Assembly (NCBI RefSeq): GCF_009914755.1
Contig: NC_060930.1
Direction: 5' to 3' (one strand)
From: the human T2T-CHM13v2.0 reference genome, Homo sapiens
Length of the DNA: 64,000 bases
Of this stretch, positions 13,572 to 28,674 are shown piece after piece (position 1 is the first letter of the stretch; each line of letters starts with the position of its first letter). The translations under genes and the position numbers were made by a program. The notes below the pieces were generated by a model. It saw only the letters and a list, made by a program, of their open reading frames with translations, was not told the origin of the DNA and ran no database searches.

Positions 13572-16500
13572 TCTAATCCTTTTTAAAACAAACTGAGCAG
13601 AGAGTGGGCTAAACTCATCAGCGGCTGGGGTGGTCAAGCTGCCCCAATGCTTGTGCACCCCTAAAGCTGGGGTCGGAGGTTGGGAGGTGTCTGAGAATAA
13701 AGAAGATGAAGATTCAGCTGTGGCCTGAAGACAGAGGTGAAGGCTGCCATGGACACTGTGGGGGGGGGGGGGTGGCGGGGCAGGAAGCAGGCAGGGACAG
13801 GGTTGGCCTGGACTTAAACATCCAGCTGGAAGCTGATGGGATCCAGGAATCCCAGGCAACATCTCACCAGGAATCCATCCGATGGTACCCATAAACTCGG
13901 AGAATTCAGCAATGGTTTAAAAAGGTGGCTGTTTGCAGAGGTGAGAGAAGGTCCTGTGGAAACACAGGACACAGCATTGGGGGAGCTGCAGGCTGCAGAG
14001 GTCCTCCCACCCGAGGGCCTGGAGGAGGAAAATCAAGGGCAGACTCCCCTCCAGTGCAGAGGGTGACTGAAAGGACAGGTGGCCTTCCAACCAGTGGCAC
14101 ATCTGCTCCCGCCACCTGCCCCATCCTCTTTCTCCTTTCTCCTGCCAGGTTCCTGTCGTTCACAGGCATCCAGGAGCCAGAATGCTGGGTGCTGGTTTGC
14201 CAAGGCAGAGGTCAGAGCAGGGACGCCTCGGGGCACAGATGGAACATCCAGCTCCCGGAGCCCGGTTTAGGATTGGGGACTGAAAACCGGGGCTGGTGAT
14301 CTGGTATTGATGAGACCCAGGAATTTTGATCTTATATTGCTTGGTGAGTCTTCAAAGACATTCGAAAGGCAAGGACTAGGGTAGAAAACATGACAGTAAC
14401 CTGTGGACATCTACGTCTCGTATCCTCTGAAGGAAGGAAATGAGGCAAGCTTGGCAGTTTATGGTAGAAGAGAGAGGAGGGTTTCTGTGTTATGAACTGC
14501 ACGAGTTGGCTGAGCTCAGTCTATCACGTGTGTGGTGGGCACATGGCCAGACTCCATGTGCCCTGGACTTGAGTGTGGTCTTCAGTGTGGGGGCATGGGG
14601 CTGAGCCAGGCTGAAGGAATGTGGGCAGGAGGACCGTGTCCTGGCCTGGCCCTCCCCAGAGAAGTCCTGCCGTGCAAGCCTCAGGTTTCCCATTTCCAGC
14701 TGAGGACTGGGTGGAGAGCGCGCCACAGGCCAGCTCATCCTGGAGCCCCGGGAGGCGGGAGCTGCTGTTGAAAGGGGAGCCTTCCAGGAACAACCTGACC
14801 AGGAACACCACACCACGCTGGACTTCCATGGGAGCAGGTTATAAGCTTGTATTGTGTCAAAGTCACCACGATTTTTATGTTGATAGAACAGCTGGACTTC
14901 CTTTAGAATGTTATTCTTCCTGGGTCAGGTGAAGGGGACAGTGAGGAAAGGGCTGGATCCAGGAAGCCCTGTTGGAAAGCATGGGTAGGACAGGGGGCTG
15001 GCCAGGGAGGGAGGTGCAGGATGGAGGCGAAATAATTCAAGAAGGTTTCAGGGTGAGTGGGGGATCTTTGAAGGAGAACGCAACTCATGGCAACAGGAAA
15101 ATGAGTGAAATGAATCTGAGGCTGAAGAGCTTGGCTTTGTCATTCGAGGCCACCGCTTTCTGGCTGTCCATGGAGGTAGCAGGCGGCATTTGCAGATGAG
15201 ACCGGAGGAGGTTAATTTGGTCTAACCTGCGTTCACTTGCTTCCTGACAACGAGTTCACCAAGGCACAAACGGTTCTCTGAGTCACAGGGACATGCCTCC
15301 CTGTGGTCAGGGGATGGTGGGAAGGAATCAGAATGGCACTCGAGCCTGCGCCGGCAGTCGGGGGACCCGCGAGACACGGTGCGGCCACATGCTGGCTCTG
15401 GACCAGCCATTCGTTTCTGACTAGCAGGACACTTCACGTGTAGGAGGCATGCAATAATAGTTGTTGGAAAAAATGGATGAAGAAAGGAGTTAGAAATGAA
15501 TCTGTTTCCTCAGAGGTTTTTTGAGTTTTTCCCTCTGGTAAAATTCTGACTCAGGGCACAAGGCTGTCTATAAGTGGGAAACGCACGTCACCTGTCCTCG
15601 AGTCCGGAGATCCATCCTCACCCCAGTCCCATTTGGAGACTCAAACCAGGGACAGCAAAGAAGAATGAGGGGCTCTGGGTGGGCTTAGTCGCACAGCTGA
15701 CAGTGGCGAATGGGAACACGGGCAGAGTCTTTTTGGCGAGATTCCTGGAGCTAACTGGAGACCAGACCGGCCAGTGTGCAGCTCTGACGGCCGCTCCAAC
15801 CGCCTCCCTGCCCTCATGCCTGCTCCAGACCTTCCGTGGCAAGGGCAAGAGCTGTTTGGGTGTTACTGGAACTTCTAACAGGTCTGGAAAGTGGCCCTCA
15901 GGTTTCTCCCCAACTATTTATTTTGAAATAATTTCAGACATAGAGAAGAGTTGCAAAGTTAGTGCAGAGAGGGTCCATATACCCCTTCATCTAGTTTCCC
16001 CAATGTTAACGTTTTATAGAAACAGTACAATTAGGAAAATGATGACATCAGTACCACCCAAATAGATTTTTATTCAGATCTGAATGAAATTAAAATAGAA
16101 GTGATTCTTGTGCCATCGGGAAGGAGCCAGGCATTATCACAGTGGCCGGCAAGAGTGCGTCGGGCACCGCACCTTCCTTGGGGACCACGGCGACTTTCAG
16201 CCCTGAAGCTCCAGCTGCAGCTAAGCAGGATGGAGGGAGAAGCGGAGGGGCTTGGTCCGCCACACGAAGTGGAACTTACAGCCATTCGGGAAGGGATAGT
16301 GCAGGCGCAGGGAGTGCCCACCACACACCTCCGTCCCCACCCCTCGCTCAGGTCCCCGCCCTGAGGGTGAAAGTGCCAGCACACCAGTTCTATTGTGGCT
16401 TATTGTGGGAAGAGACCAGCTACCTGATACAGAGAGAGATAATGGTTGTGGGACACTTTACAGTTTACAAACTTTTTCACAAAATGACTAATGGGTGTCC

Positions 16501-16739
16501 AGAATCCGAGCTTGGTAACCGCAGGTTAGTGACAGAGCTGAGAGGAGCCTTGGGATGCCTGGGTTCTGCTCCACTCGCAGAGGGGAGGACAGCAGCTTCT
16601 GTTTGTCCTACCCGGCCGGTGGATGTTCCGACTCCAATCTCCAAGGCACCCTGCTCCTGTGGTAGAACTCACTTCTGAATAAACAGAAATGTGATGGCCT
16701 GCTCTTCACGGTGCCTTTTCCATGAAGAGTATTAGGTAG

Positions 16740-17016
<277 letters not shown>

Positions 17017-17470
17017 TCAGGTAGGAGGCAAGGAAATTGGAGGCTTTACATCAGCTCAGCTGGAACAGACCCGTCCAAAGAGGAGAATTTTTGTTTTGAG
17101 CCAAAAAGGAGGGCTTAGGAAGCTCCTGGTTTTAGAATGTGGAATGTTAGTTTCTTACGTTGACCTAGAGCCACGTGCTCGGAGACACTGACTTGGAGAG
17201 TTTTATAAATTCTGCAATGCTTAGGAAGTCCGAATGCCTAATGACTTTCACGTCACTTGTTGTTTTTTGTGTGTTCTTTAAATGACTATCTTCATGTTTT
17301 AAAATATCCAAAATTAAGTTTCATTTGCGAGCTGAATTATCAAAGATATTGCCTACTTTTATAAAGCATTTATGGGATTTTCTTACAAATGAAAGGGTGT
17401 TGAGGGTTCCCGAAATGAAGTGTAGCAGGATCTCATTCTGACCTGGCCTTGGTGAAGCCTGCAGGGAGAG

Positions 17471-17860
17471 TCTCTGTGTTTCTCTCTCTGTCTGTCTCTG
17501 TCTCTCTCTGTCTCTCTCTGTCTCTGTCTCTCTCTGTCTCTCTCTCTGTCTCTCTGCCTCTGTCTCTCTGTCTCTGTCTCTCTGTCTCTGTCTCTGTCTG
17601 TCTCTCTGTCTGTCTCTGTCTCTGTCTCTCTCTGTCTCTGTCTCTCTGTCTCTGTCTCTGTCTGTGTCTCTCTCTCTCCCTCCTCTCCGTCTCCCTCCTC
17701 TCCGTCTCCCTCCTCTCCGTCTCCCTCCTCTCCGTCTCCCTCCTCTCCGTCTCCCTCCTCTCCGTCTCCCTCCTCTCCGTCTCCCTCCTCTCTCCCCCTC
17801 CTCTCCCTGTCTCTGTGTCTCTCTCTTCCTCCTCTTTCTGCCTCCGCCCCTCCCTCTTTC
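17471..17860. repeat. Polypyrimidine compound repeat: (TCTCTG)n plus 7 copies of CTCCCTCCTCTCCGT (17676-17780)
   Basis: Directly visible in the sequence; no A on the plus strand for ~390 nt. Confidence 0.97.
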
Positions 17861-17959
17861 TGTCGTGCGAAGGTCACAACATGGCCTCTGCAGAGGCTTC
17901 TCTCATAGGATCTGCCAGTGGTACATGGAAAATCTGGGGCCCAGAAGAGCAGTTTCATT

Positions 17960-18947
17960 GTGGACCCCCTTGTCAATAAGGGGATATGCTTCCCAGGGAC
18001 ACCTGAAACCATGGAGAGTCCTAAATCCAGTCGCTGTCAATCAGGACACGTGTCTGTTCGTTTTCCACCCATACATTTAATGCCTTCTCCTTCTTAACTG
18101 AGCACTATCAGGCCCTGTGGCCATAACTTTTGCAGTTTGAGATGTGATAGTAAAACGAGCGCAAATTTCCTTTTCCCTCATCACATTTTCATGAATAGAC
18201 TTATTTTTACTGTAGATCTTAGCAAGTTCAGCTTACAATTGTTTTTTCTTTCTGTTTTGTTTTGAGACAGGGTCTGGCTCTGTCGCCCAGGCTGGAGTGT
18301 GATGGATCAGTTAAGGCTCCTTGCAGCCTTGACCTGTGGGGCTCAATCATCCTCCAGCCTCACCCCCCCGTACTTGGGATTACAGGCATACCACCATGCC
18401 TGGCTACATTTTGTATTTCTTGTAGAGACAGGGTTTTGCTGTGTTGCCCAGACTGGTCTCAAACTCCTGGGCTGGAGTGATCTGCCCACCTCAGCCTCCA
18501 AAACTGCTGGGATTCCAGGCGTGAGACACCGCACCTGGCAGCTTTTATTTTCTTAGGAACGTTCACCGTTTCACGTAAAGAAAGCCCTCGATGGCTCCTC
18601 TCTGGCAATCTGAATTGCCGGCATCACCGCTCCTGCACCTTGGTGCCATTTTCAAGGAAAATACGGGTTCTTTGAACACACGCACGGCCACCTGGAGAGT
18701 TGGCCTCATAAGGGACAGGGTTCCTCAGTGGCTGAGGGACAGGCAGCACCTCCATCGTGGATCCCCTGGGCAAAGCGATGAATCACGTCCCCATGCAAGA
18801 TTGCATCACACTACTCAGAGCTGTGCACCTTTTAAAACCCAGGAATTATGTATTTCTAGAATTTTCCACTTAATAGATTCGGACCACGGTTGAGTGCGGG
18901 TCGCTGAAACAGCGGAAAGTGAAAGCAGGGATAAGGGGGACTGCTGC
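17960..18947. mobile_element. MER44/Tigger7-like DNA transposon, interrupted by AluJ
   Basis: Terminus ...tgaaacagcggaaagtgaaagcagggataagggggactgctg and internal catcacactactcaga, tttctagaattttccacttaata. Confidence 0.7.
18241..18540 (-). mobile_element. AluJ
   Basis: Diverged antisense Alu (gagacagggtctggctctgtcgcccaggctggagtg). Confidence 0.9.
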
Positions 18948-20434
18948 AGATGCACTTCCTCTGGGTGTCAAGCAGCACACCTCTCCCCCTGCCCCGCCAG
19001 GGTGCGGAGGCTGGGCGGTGGCCCCCGTACCAAGGGTGGAGGGAGCGGCCAGGCCACCCTGCCTGTCCCTGTGGGGTGGCCTTCCACTGTTGAGGGTTTA
19101 ACTGGACATAGTCCTGCACACAAAGACGGGGCAGGCGGTGCTTACTGAACCGTGATTTTTAACAGCGGCATCTTAGCCCGGGTGGGAGAGCCCCGGCGGG
19201 GTTCGAGGCTGCAGGTGGGGTTGCACACTCCCAGAGGCTGCCCCACCCCCAGCAATGGGGATGTCTGGGCTGCCAGTTCAGCAGTCGCTGCTTATAAAAA
19301 GGAAACTTTAGTGTATGGTATTTTCCTGAATAGTGAGGAAAAAACCCCTGATATCTTACAGTAGAAAATCTCTTCCTCACCTTAAAGAAATCCCTGGGGG
19401 TTGGGTGTGGGAGAGGGACATTCCCCTGCCCGATGCTTCCGTCAGCCTAGCCTGACAGATGCTTTGGTTATGTAGTTTCCAGTCATCGGCTGTGGCATTC
19501 TCTGCAACACCTCATTGTCCAGATGGTTTCCAGGCACACCTCTTAGCACCTCGCTCACTACCATGCGCTCAACAAGCCAGGCTTCACCTCTGCCCACCTG
19601 CCTCCACTTCCTCCTCTTCAGTGAGCTGAGCCGTCCCTGTCCCACCTGGGGATGTTTTTCCACCATCAGGAGCCCCGTCCTCGGTCCCATGCAGCAAGGC
19701 CCAGGCAGCGGGCTGGGTGGTAGAGAATCACCCTGCTCTGTAAAATCTATACCCGAAGCCTGGTTGGAGACACTTGGTTGCAGCCTTGGCCTAAGACTTG
19801 ATCGTGGAACTTAATAAAACAACTGAAGATCCTTGCACAGGAAGAAATCAAACCGCCAAGTCCTAGTGTCAGGATTCGCTGTCTTCCAGGCTCAGTCTCC
19901 CGCATCACAGCTCGAAGCAGGAGTGCTGGGAGGCGACAAGCACGGGCTATGGTGCTGCTGTGCAGGCCCGACATCGGCAGGTGCTCAGACGTTCAGATGT
20001 AGTTCTCTAAAGCAATGGGATCCCACTGCTCTGGGGTTTGCAAATTGGTTCTGAGGGCATTGCTGAAAATTCAATAAACTCCCAGATGGAATGTTCTAAC
20101 GTCCAGGCGGCAGAGCTCTCATCTACTCTGAGGATGTGTGATTCATCTACATAAATGTAATGCTGCCATCCTGCTGCAGAAGTCCAGCCCAAATGCCACC
20201 TTGTTTTGAGCCTATGTACATCTCCAGGCAGCTTTAAAAACAAGGCCATTGTCTCTCACAGGCCCAACACCATCCCCACACCTACCAAAACTAATTTCTA
20301 AATCTCATCCAATACCTGGACCATATTTAAGAGACCTCTGAATATCTTCAAGATGATGTCTGCACAGTTGGTTTACCAACTATTGCATATTAAAATAAAT
20401 TACATCGAGGGCAGAATTCATTTGGATGTGTAAG

Positions 20435-20737
20435 TTTTTTGTGGTTTTTTTTTTTTTTAAGATGGAGTCTCTCTGTCGTCCAGGCTTGAGTGCAGTGGCT
20501 CAATCTCAGCTCACTACAACTTCTGCCTCCCAAGTTGAAGTGATTCTCCTGCCTCAGCCTCCCAAGTAGTTGGGATTACAGGCATGCACCACCACACCCA
20601 GCTAATTTTTGTATTTTTAGTAGAGACAGGGTTTCCCTATGTTGGTCATGCTGGTCTCGAACTCCTGATCTCAGATGATCCGCTCGCCTCGGCCTCCCAA
20701 AGTACTGGGATTACAGGCATGAGCCACCGCGTCCGGC
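20435..20737 (-). mobile_element. AluS with 16-bp TSD
   Basis: TSD tggatgtgtaagtttt at 20423-20438 and 20738-20753. Confidence 0.95.
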
Positions 20738-22149
20738 TGGATGTGTAAGTTTTGATGTGAGTTTAAAACAAGTGTCTTTGAAAAAAAAAAAAAAAACCAC
20801 TCCCTTTCTTTACGGCAAGGCCCTGGCGTTTCTAGCCCATAGGTGGAGGGCATTTACTTAGCACTCTGGAGCAAGAAGCTGATCCCAGGATACCTTTCTT
20901 GAGAAGAGTGGCAGGAGCTGCGATATTTCCTGAGGTCACACACTGTCTTCATCCCCACGACCAGAGGCGTTTGCACTAGGACTTGGTACATCTTGGTTTC
21001 CTTGCCTTTCTGTCACGAGCTCTTTTGTGATTATAACTAACGAACTAAATGTCTGCTAGCCTCAGCTTTCTCCTTGGTAAAGTCCAGATGTGAAAATAGT
21101 CTGCTCACTTCACAGGAACTCAACAACGTTATACATGAAGGTTCTTGGAAAAGCACCACATTCTATGCCTATGAAAGGTGATGTCAGGGTTAGCAGGAAC
21201 GGTTAAATATAGGCACACCTGTGCAGACATGCGGGGCAGGAGCTGAGGACATCATTGTGTATGATATCAGTTTTGTTATTGGCACAGCTGAATAATTACC
21301 TTGTTATATAACAGCACATAGACATCACACACCTGGTGTCTCCGTGAATGCAGTATTTCTCCCATCAATGCTAGGTGGCATATGAAGATACAGGGGCAGC
21401 GGGTAGAGAAACTGCTGTGTAGGATTTCCTTCTGAAAACTCTAGGACACTGGTCAGTTAAATGGCTAAGTTTGTAGACATTTTCTAACCAGCAAACTGTG
21501 ATGTATCCCTTTCCTTTTGCTTCTGGCCAGAGCCTCTGTGCTCCCAGCTCCCTCTTGCAGCCCTGTCTTCTATGATCTGCCCTCAGCCCTGGTCCACTTC
21601 GTGGTTCTGTCCTAACTTCATCTCATATGATCTCATCCACCCTCTCCATGGCTTCAGTTAACATCTATAAGCCCACTGTGGTTTCTTGCTGTCCTCACAG
21701 CCATGGGGGTCTCTGAGTAGCACACCTGGCACGTCTAACTTCTTCACACCTAAGCAGAAGTCTCAGGGAGTTGGGGAAAATAAACTTATTCCAAACTTCT
21801 GTCAGTCTAGCTGTCTTTGGTTAAATGCTTCCCTCCTCTTTTGCGATAATAGATTTGCCCACGGCGAGCGAGGACAGGGCCAAGAACAGCCCTTTCGTTG
21901 CTTGGTGCTTGCACGTCTGCTTGGCGTGGAGCACGTGGGGGTACCCCTTCTGTTTCCCCGGAGAGCCTGTGCACCCCCTGAGAGCAGAACTACATGCGCT
22001 TCAGCTCCACAGCCTCCCAGGCCTAGGGCTCGCCCGTGCCCCAGGGCTGCTCTCAGTTCCCACTGTGGAGTCCCGCAGACTTGAGCACGTGCTTCTCCTA
22101 TGTGAGGGCTACTCTGACAGTGGGCTCTCAGGAGAGTGCTGTGCATGAA

Positions 22150-22335
22150 CAGTGCTACCTCCAGGCACGGTGGTGAGGGGGACGGGTGCTGAGCAAGACT
22201 CTGCGTTCCAATCTGAGCTGTGTCTACCTAGTTACATGACCTTGGGCATTATTTGACCTGTTTACTGCAGTTTCCTCCTGTGTAAAATGGGGATAGTTAT
22301 GCAGATCTGAAAATGGTATCGTGAGAGTAGCTGCT
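22150..22335. mobile_element. MIR
   Basis: tgaccttgggca...cagtttcctcctgtgtaaaatggggata MIR core. Confidence 0.7.
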
Positions 22336-23296
22336 AATCCCCGTAAATGCGGGACTGTCTGACAAACAGCCCAGGGGCACCATGACCGAGCCTGGGAAGC
22401 TCAGATGCCGAAGCTGTTAGCTGTGGCACGCAAGCCTTGTTGCACCTCGGACCACCCGGAGTCCGTGATAAGCGCAGACGCCTGGGTCCCTGCCTCACGC
22501 TGGCTGTTACTTGACTCTGAGTCCAGCAGGTCACTCCAATGCACTGTAAGGCTGCAGAGCCACCTCCTCAGACAAAATTAAGGGTTATCCGCTCCACACA
22601 CACAACTAAAAAGGGAAAAAGCCAGTCGCCAAGGCACTCTTCCCTCATCCTCTGCCTCCGCGAGTCTGGAGGAGTTAGCTGTGGGGAGCCTGGCTTTGCA
22701 CAGGTGTGGGGCAGGGCGTGGGGCGCTGGGCTCCCGCGTGGCTGGGACACCATTTGTGTGTCGGCAAGCAGCAGCAGTTTTATTCTCACAGTGGCATTTT
22801 TCAAACGTCTGATCAGGAACCTACATTTTCAAAACCTGCTTGTCATTCAAAATGTCATCGTGGATAATTAATCCATCAGACTATACACACAATGGGATTT
22901 CATGTTGTGACTTGGTGTGTCAAACCTAGGATAATAAACCTGAAAACTGTATGTTAGTGTTCCCACTCTCAAAAGAATTGTGTTCTTTTCTGATGAGGAT
23001 GTGTGTAAGCTGTGTGTGAGTGACTGACAGGACTCGGGGCTGGGGGAGGGCTGGCTCGGTGCTGCTTCCTGTGTGGTCAGGATCACAGCGAGTGAGAAGT
23101 GAAGACACCAGAGGCTTTCTCTCTGGACGCCTGCGCTTCCCGCCCATCCTCCAGCTGAGGTACCGGTCCTCACGCTGCTGTGTTCAGGAACTGTTTTATC
23201 ATAGAAATATCTGAATTTTCAAAAGTGGGTATATGTTTCCTTGTTTCCCTCTGCATTCCTAATGTTTCTTCTGTATCTCCTTTTTCTCCTTTGATA

Positions 23297-23880
23297 GGAT
23301 GTGACTGGGAAAAAGAAACACAGGACCACAGGAACATCCGTGATCCATGCTTTCTCTAAAGAAGGCATCAGGGCTTCAATATTTAGAGGGGAAAAAATGG
23401 GCAGGAGAGGAAAGAAAAAAGGGGAGGATACGGTCACCTTCTCGCGAAGCTCTGATGAGGGCTCCGTAAATCCATATGCTGCCATGGAAAGAACGGGGCA
23501 GACGGACGGTCACCTATGCGTTCCTCTCCTGCTCAGCGAGCATGCTTTTGACAGGAGGAAGAGCAAATGGGGCAGTCACGCACGCATTTGTCTCGGGTGA
23601 GGGAGAAATGACGTCCAGTCCTGCCTTTGTCCTGTGCCTGTGAAGATAAGCTGTGAATTCACATTGTCAGGGTGAAATTCAACAGAACATTGTTTTAGGG
23701 TAAAGATCTTGGGGCCCACAGGGAGGTACCTTGTGAGAAAACTGAGGGAGGCCGCCTAGGGAGGTATGTGGCCTTCTATCTATCTACTTAGGAACAAAGC
23801 AGGAGGCAGTTAACCCAAGGTTAACTTTTCCCAATGGCTTAGTGAGTTTGGGGCCCCAAGATTTTGATTTTCTGTTTACA
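23297..23880 (-). mobile_element. MER4-family ERV1 LTR
   Basis: Ends gttaacttttcccaatggcttagtgagtttggggccccaagattttgattttctgtttaca, similar to 8330-8380. Confidence 0.65.
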
Positions 23881-24180
23881 TGTTCTCAAAGAACCAGCTG
23901 TTGGCCTTATTGATTTGACTATCTCCGTTGCATCTTGTGTTCTATTTTGTGTTTATTAGCTCTTTCCCTCTACTTTCTTTGAGCTCATTCTTTTGAGTTT
24001 CATGCATAGCTCATGTTCAGTCTCTTTTCCTCTCTAACACAGGCACTTAAAGTCTACATTTACCTTGAAGTGTTTCTTCAGCTGCAAGCCACATTTTGAT
24101 ATAAAATTTTTCATTACTGTTCAGATATCAGTTTCTCTAATGTTTGTTAATAATTTCTTTTTTGACCTATGTGGTATTCA

Positions 24181-24426
<246 letters not shown>

Positions 24427-24669
24427 TTATTTCTTCAGACTTGTTTGTGGCTAGAATGTGGTCAGTCTTCTAACTAAAGTCAGAAGGTTATACAAATTTC
24501 TGCCAGATTAAGCTTGCTAATGGTGCTTTTCAAATTTTCTATACATTTGATAATTATTTTGACTGCTTAATCCATCAATATTGAGAAAAATGTGTTAAAA
24601 ATCTACTAGTATGTTTATGGATTGCAAATCCCAAACCCTATAACTAAAAAATTGTATAGGTAAAACTAA

Positions 24670-25026
<357 letters not shown>

Positions 25027-26544
25027 TAAGTTTAGAAATTGTTTTATCTTCCTGGCAAATTATTACTTTCATCATTACACAATAGCCTTAATATATTCCT
25101 AAATAACATTTTGCCATCAAGTATATTTTGTGTGATATCAACTTAGCACCATTAGCTTTCTTTTCATGAATATTTCCCTAGCAAACATTTTTTTTGGGGT
25201 GGGAGTGGGGTAGGGCTGGCATTCTTTTGCTTTCAACCTTTGAGTCCTTTTATTTAGGACCCAGAAATAGCACATATTTAGAAATACCACATAGATGAAT
25301 TTTTTTTGGGGGGGCTGGGATCTAATCTGAGGATCTATTTCATCTGAAAACATTAGTTCATTGATGTTACTGTGCTAATCCATTAGAAAATATTTTTACC
25401 CCTTAGTTTGGATTTTCTATTCACTTTCCTTTTTGTGTGCTTCACCAATCCCCTTCCATGTTAGTTACTCCTACTGATTTTTTAATTCCTCACCAACATA
25501 CACTGCTATGAAAGTTTTCTATTCTACATCTATTCTTTTTTAAAAATTAAAACACAATTTTTCATTTTAAAAGAATTTCAGACATAAAAATGTTTTAAAA
25601 ATAGAATGAAGAATTCCCATATTCCTTGTCCTCTCCCAGCTTCTCCAAGTATTAATATCTCAAATAGCCACAACACAATGATCAAAAGCAGGAAATTAAC
25701 ATTGATATACTATTGTGAGCTAATTTACAGATCTTACGAAAATTTCACCGGTTGGCTCACTGACGTCCTTTTTCTGGTTCAAGATCCAATCCAGGACCAC
25801 ACATTGCATTTAATTGTCACGTCTTCAATCTGGGGTAGTTCCTCAAGTCTCTGTCTTCTGTGACCTTGATAATTCTGAAGAGTATTGGTTGGGTATTTTG
25901 TAGAATGTGCCTCAATTGTGTTTAATGTTTTTTGGGATTAAATTCAAGTTATGAGCATCTTTTCTCTGGTATTTTTTGCCAAAAATGTAAGTTAACACTG
26001 CTTGTTCTAGAAGAGTGAAATATCAGCAAACCAGAGATGTCTCGGTTCCAATCTGCTTTTTCCTCCAGATATTACGCTCACCACATCCTGTCCTCCTATT
26101 CAAACTTCCTAATTCGTGGGCAGGAGGAGACTTAGATCCAGGAGTCCTGACAGCTTCAAGAGGTAGTCCTAGACCGTGATGGCCACGGGCCAACAGCAGA
26201 CCCCATGACGGCTGTTGGGTGCAGCAGAGTGTGCCGACTCTCCAGAACTGGTCTGGAGAGCATCTAATTAACATTATGTCCAGCACAACCTACAAGGAAC
26301 AGGGGGATTCTTTACACCCTTTGAAGTGTAGGGTTTTAGTGTCGTGCTTCCTCCTGAACCTTAAAAGCATATTCTCAACAGTCACTTTAAGAATCCAAGT
26401 AACTTTAAGAAAGAAACCTGATTTAAAGACAGCTAAGGGGTAAATCAAGGATGGGCCCTCATGGCAGTCTTACCAGAACTTATTTGCATCAGGAAACAAT
26501 TTGGCTTGCTGAGTGTCTGATTAAGTCTTAAAAATAATGCAGAT

Positions 26545-26846
<302 letters not shown>

Positions 26847-28636
26847 GCAGACAACTCATATGGGGAAATAGACCCACAGAACAAGGACAATGATTATCCA
26901 AAGACCTCAGGAGAAAGTCAAACAGATAACAAGCTTGGGACCTCTAACTTGTGGTTTGCAGAGTCTGAAACTCCTGTTTGATGCAGAACAACACTGCTTC
27001 TGTGAGTTGTGTCTACGCCCATGGTATCTATTCCTCAAGTATTAAAACAATGCAAAATTAATTGATGTTACAGATTGTGAAAATAAATAGTTGGAGAAGT
27101 GATCATAGCCTTTAAGGGTTCATGTACTCATGCTCAGCATATTTACTAAGCAATGGCGAGAACAGGCTTATTTTAGAAAATTCCACTATTACTCCTCTTC
27201 TGCTTCTACAAGCACCAATTTAGAGCACTTCGTGTATCATTTAAGTCCAGCCACCCTTATTACACGCAAGGAAACAGATACAGCCAAAGGCCATGTGACT
27301 TTGCCAGCACTGCGCAGAGCTGATGACAACTGAAAGGAGAAACCAGCCCATTGTCTTTTGATCTCATTTTCTCTATTGCTTATGCATTTTTCTATTTCCT
27401 TGACTTCTGCCCTTTCCTTTATGATTTCTGTCATTCTACTAACTTGGGATTGGGGTTGAATTTGTTATTTGTTAATATCTTAAGATGGAACCTTAGATCA
27501 CTGAATGTAGATCTGTTTTCTAACGTAAGCATGAAGTTTTACAAATCTTTTCCTGTAAGCACCCTATAGCTGTATCCCTCAAATTTTGATATGTTTTAAC
27601 TTTTCATTCAATTCAAATATTTTCTAATTTCTGTGGTGTTTTCCTCTTTGATTCCTGGGGTATTTGGAAGTGCACTTTTTAACTTCCAAATATTTAGGGC
27701 TTTTCTTGATATTTTATTGTTATTGATTTTCAGTTTAATTCCACTGTGGGCAGAGAACTGCATAATTTGAAAATTTTAATTTTCTTTGAGATTTGTTTCA
27801 TGACACAGCATATCAATCATTATTCAGATCTTCTATGTCTTTGATGATTTTCTTCATCTAGTTCTATCAGCTGCTAAGAGGAGCTTAAAACTTCCAATCT
27901 GAGAATGATACTGCCCATTTTTCCTTTAATCCTGTCAGTTTTGTCTTACGTATTTTAATGATCTTCATGCTTTGTTACTAGATACATACATGATTGTTAT
28001 ATCTTTGAGTGATCATTTTATACTTATGAAAAGTCCTTCTGTTATGATGTTTTTATCTTAAAATCTCCATTACCTTATATTGATATGGCAACTCCAGCCT
28101 TCTTTATGCTTACTATTTGCATAGTGTATTTTTTTCCCATCCGGTTCCTTTCAACCTATCTGCGCCATTTTAAAATATAAAGTTTCATCTCTTGTATACA
28201 GCATATAGTTGGGCCATGCTTCTTTATTCCTTCTGACAACCTCTGCCTTTTAATTGAAATGCTGAATCCATTAATGTTTAATGAAATTATTGCTATGGTT
28301 GTGTCTGGACATATCATTGTGTTATTTTCTATCTGTTCTCTGTTCTTCCTTTTATGCCTTTTTAAAATTACACGACTATTTTAAAAATGCAATTATACTT
28401 TTCTTACTGGCTTTTTAGCTATACGCCTCTACATTATTGTTTCAGTGATTGTTCTGGGGACTACAACATATATCCTTAACTTTTCACAGTCCCTTTACAT
28501 GTAATATATTACCACTTCATGTGAAATGTAGAAATCTTGCACCAATATAGGTCCATTCCCCCCCCCCCCCTTATTTTACATCTATATAGGCTATAAACCC
28601 ACAGGACAATGCTATACTACTTTATAAACAGTCATA

Positions 28637-28674
28637 TATAAGTACCTCACGCTAACTGATTGTGCCGCTGGAGC
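28637..28674 (-). pseudogene. Tailless retrocopy of the 5' half of tRNA-Ile(UAU)
   Basis: Minus strand GCTCCAGCGGCACAATCAGTTAGCGTGAGGTACTTATA versus the recalled tRNA-Ile-TAT 5' exon GCTCCAGTGGCGCAATCGGTTAGCGCGCGGTACTTATA: 33/38 identical, mismatches mostly at CpG. Flanked by the direct repeat cagtcatatat (28629-28639, 28678-28688). Confidence 0.85.

Noticed and set aside
13759-13780. Long G run (also C runs at ~6505 and 28557-28570) as functional G-quadruplexes
   Set aside because: Homopolymer runs are common, the 6505 tract is the normal L1 3' UTR G-tract, and there is no other support.
17383-18080. ORFs rich in ERDR/EEGDG, LSLS and LPPLR
   Set aside because: Translations of the TC-rich simple repeats.
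26190-26260. Two adjacent hairpins suggesting an H/ACA snoRNA
   Set aside because: The stems are only 8-9 bp, the total is too short, and there is no ANANNA hinge.
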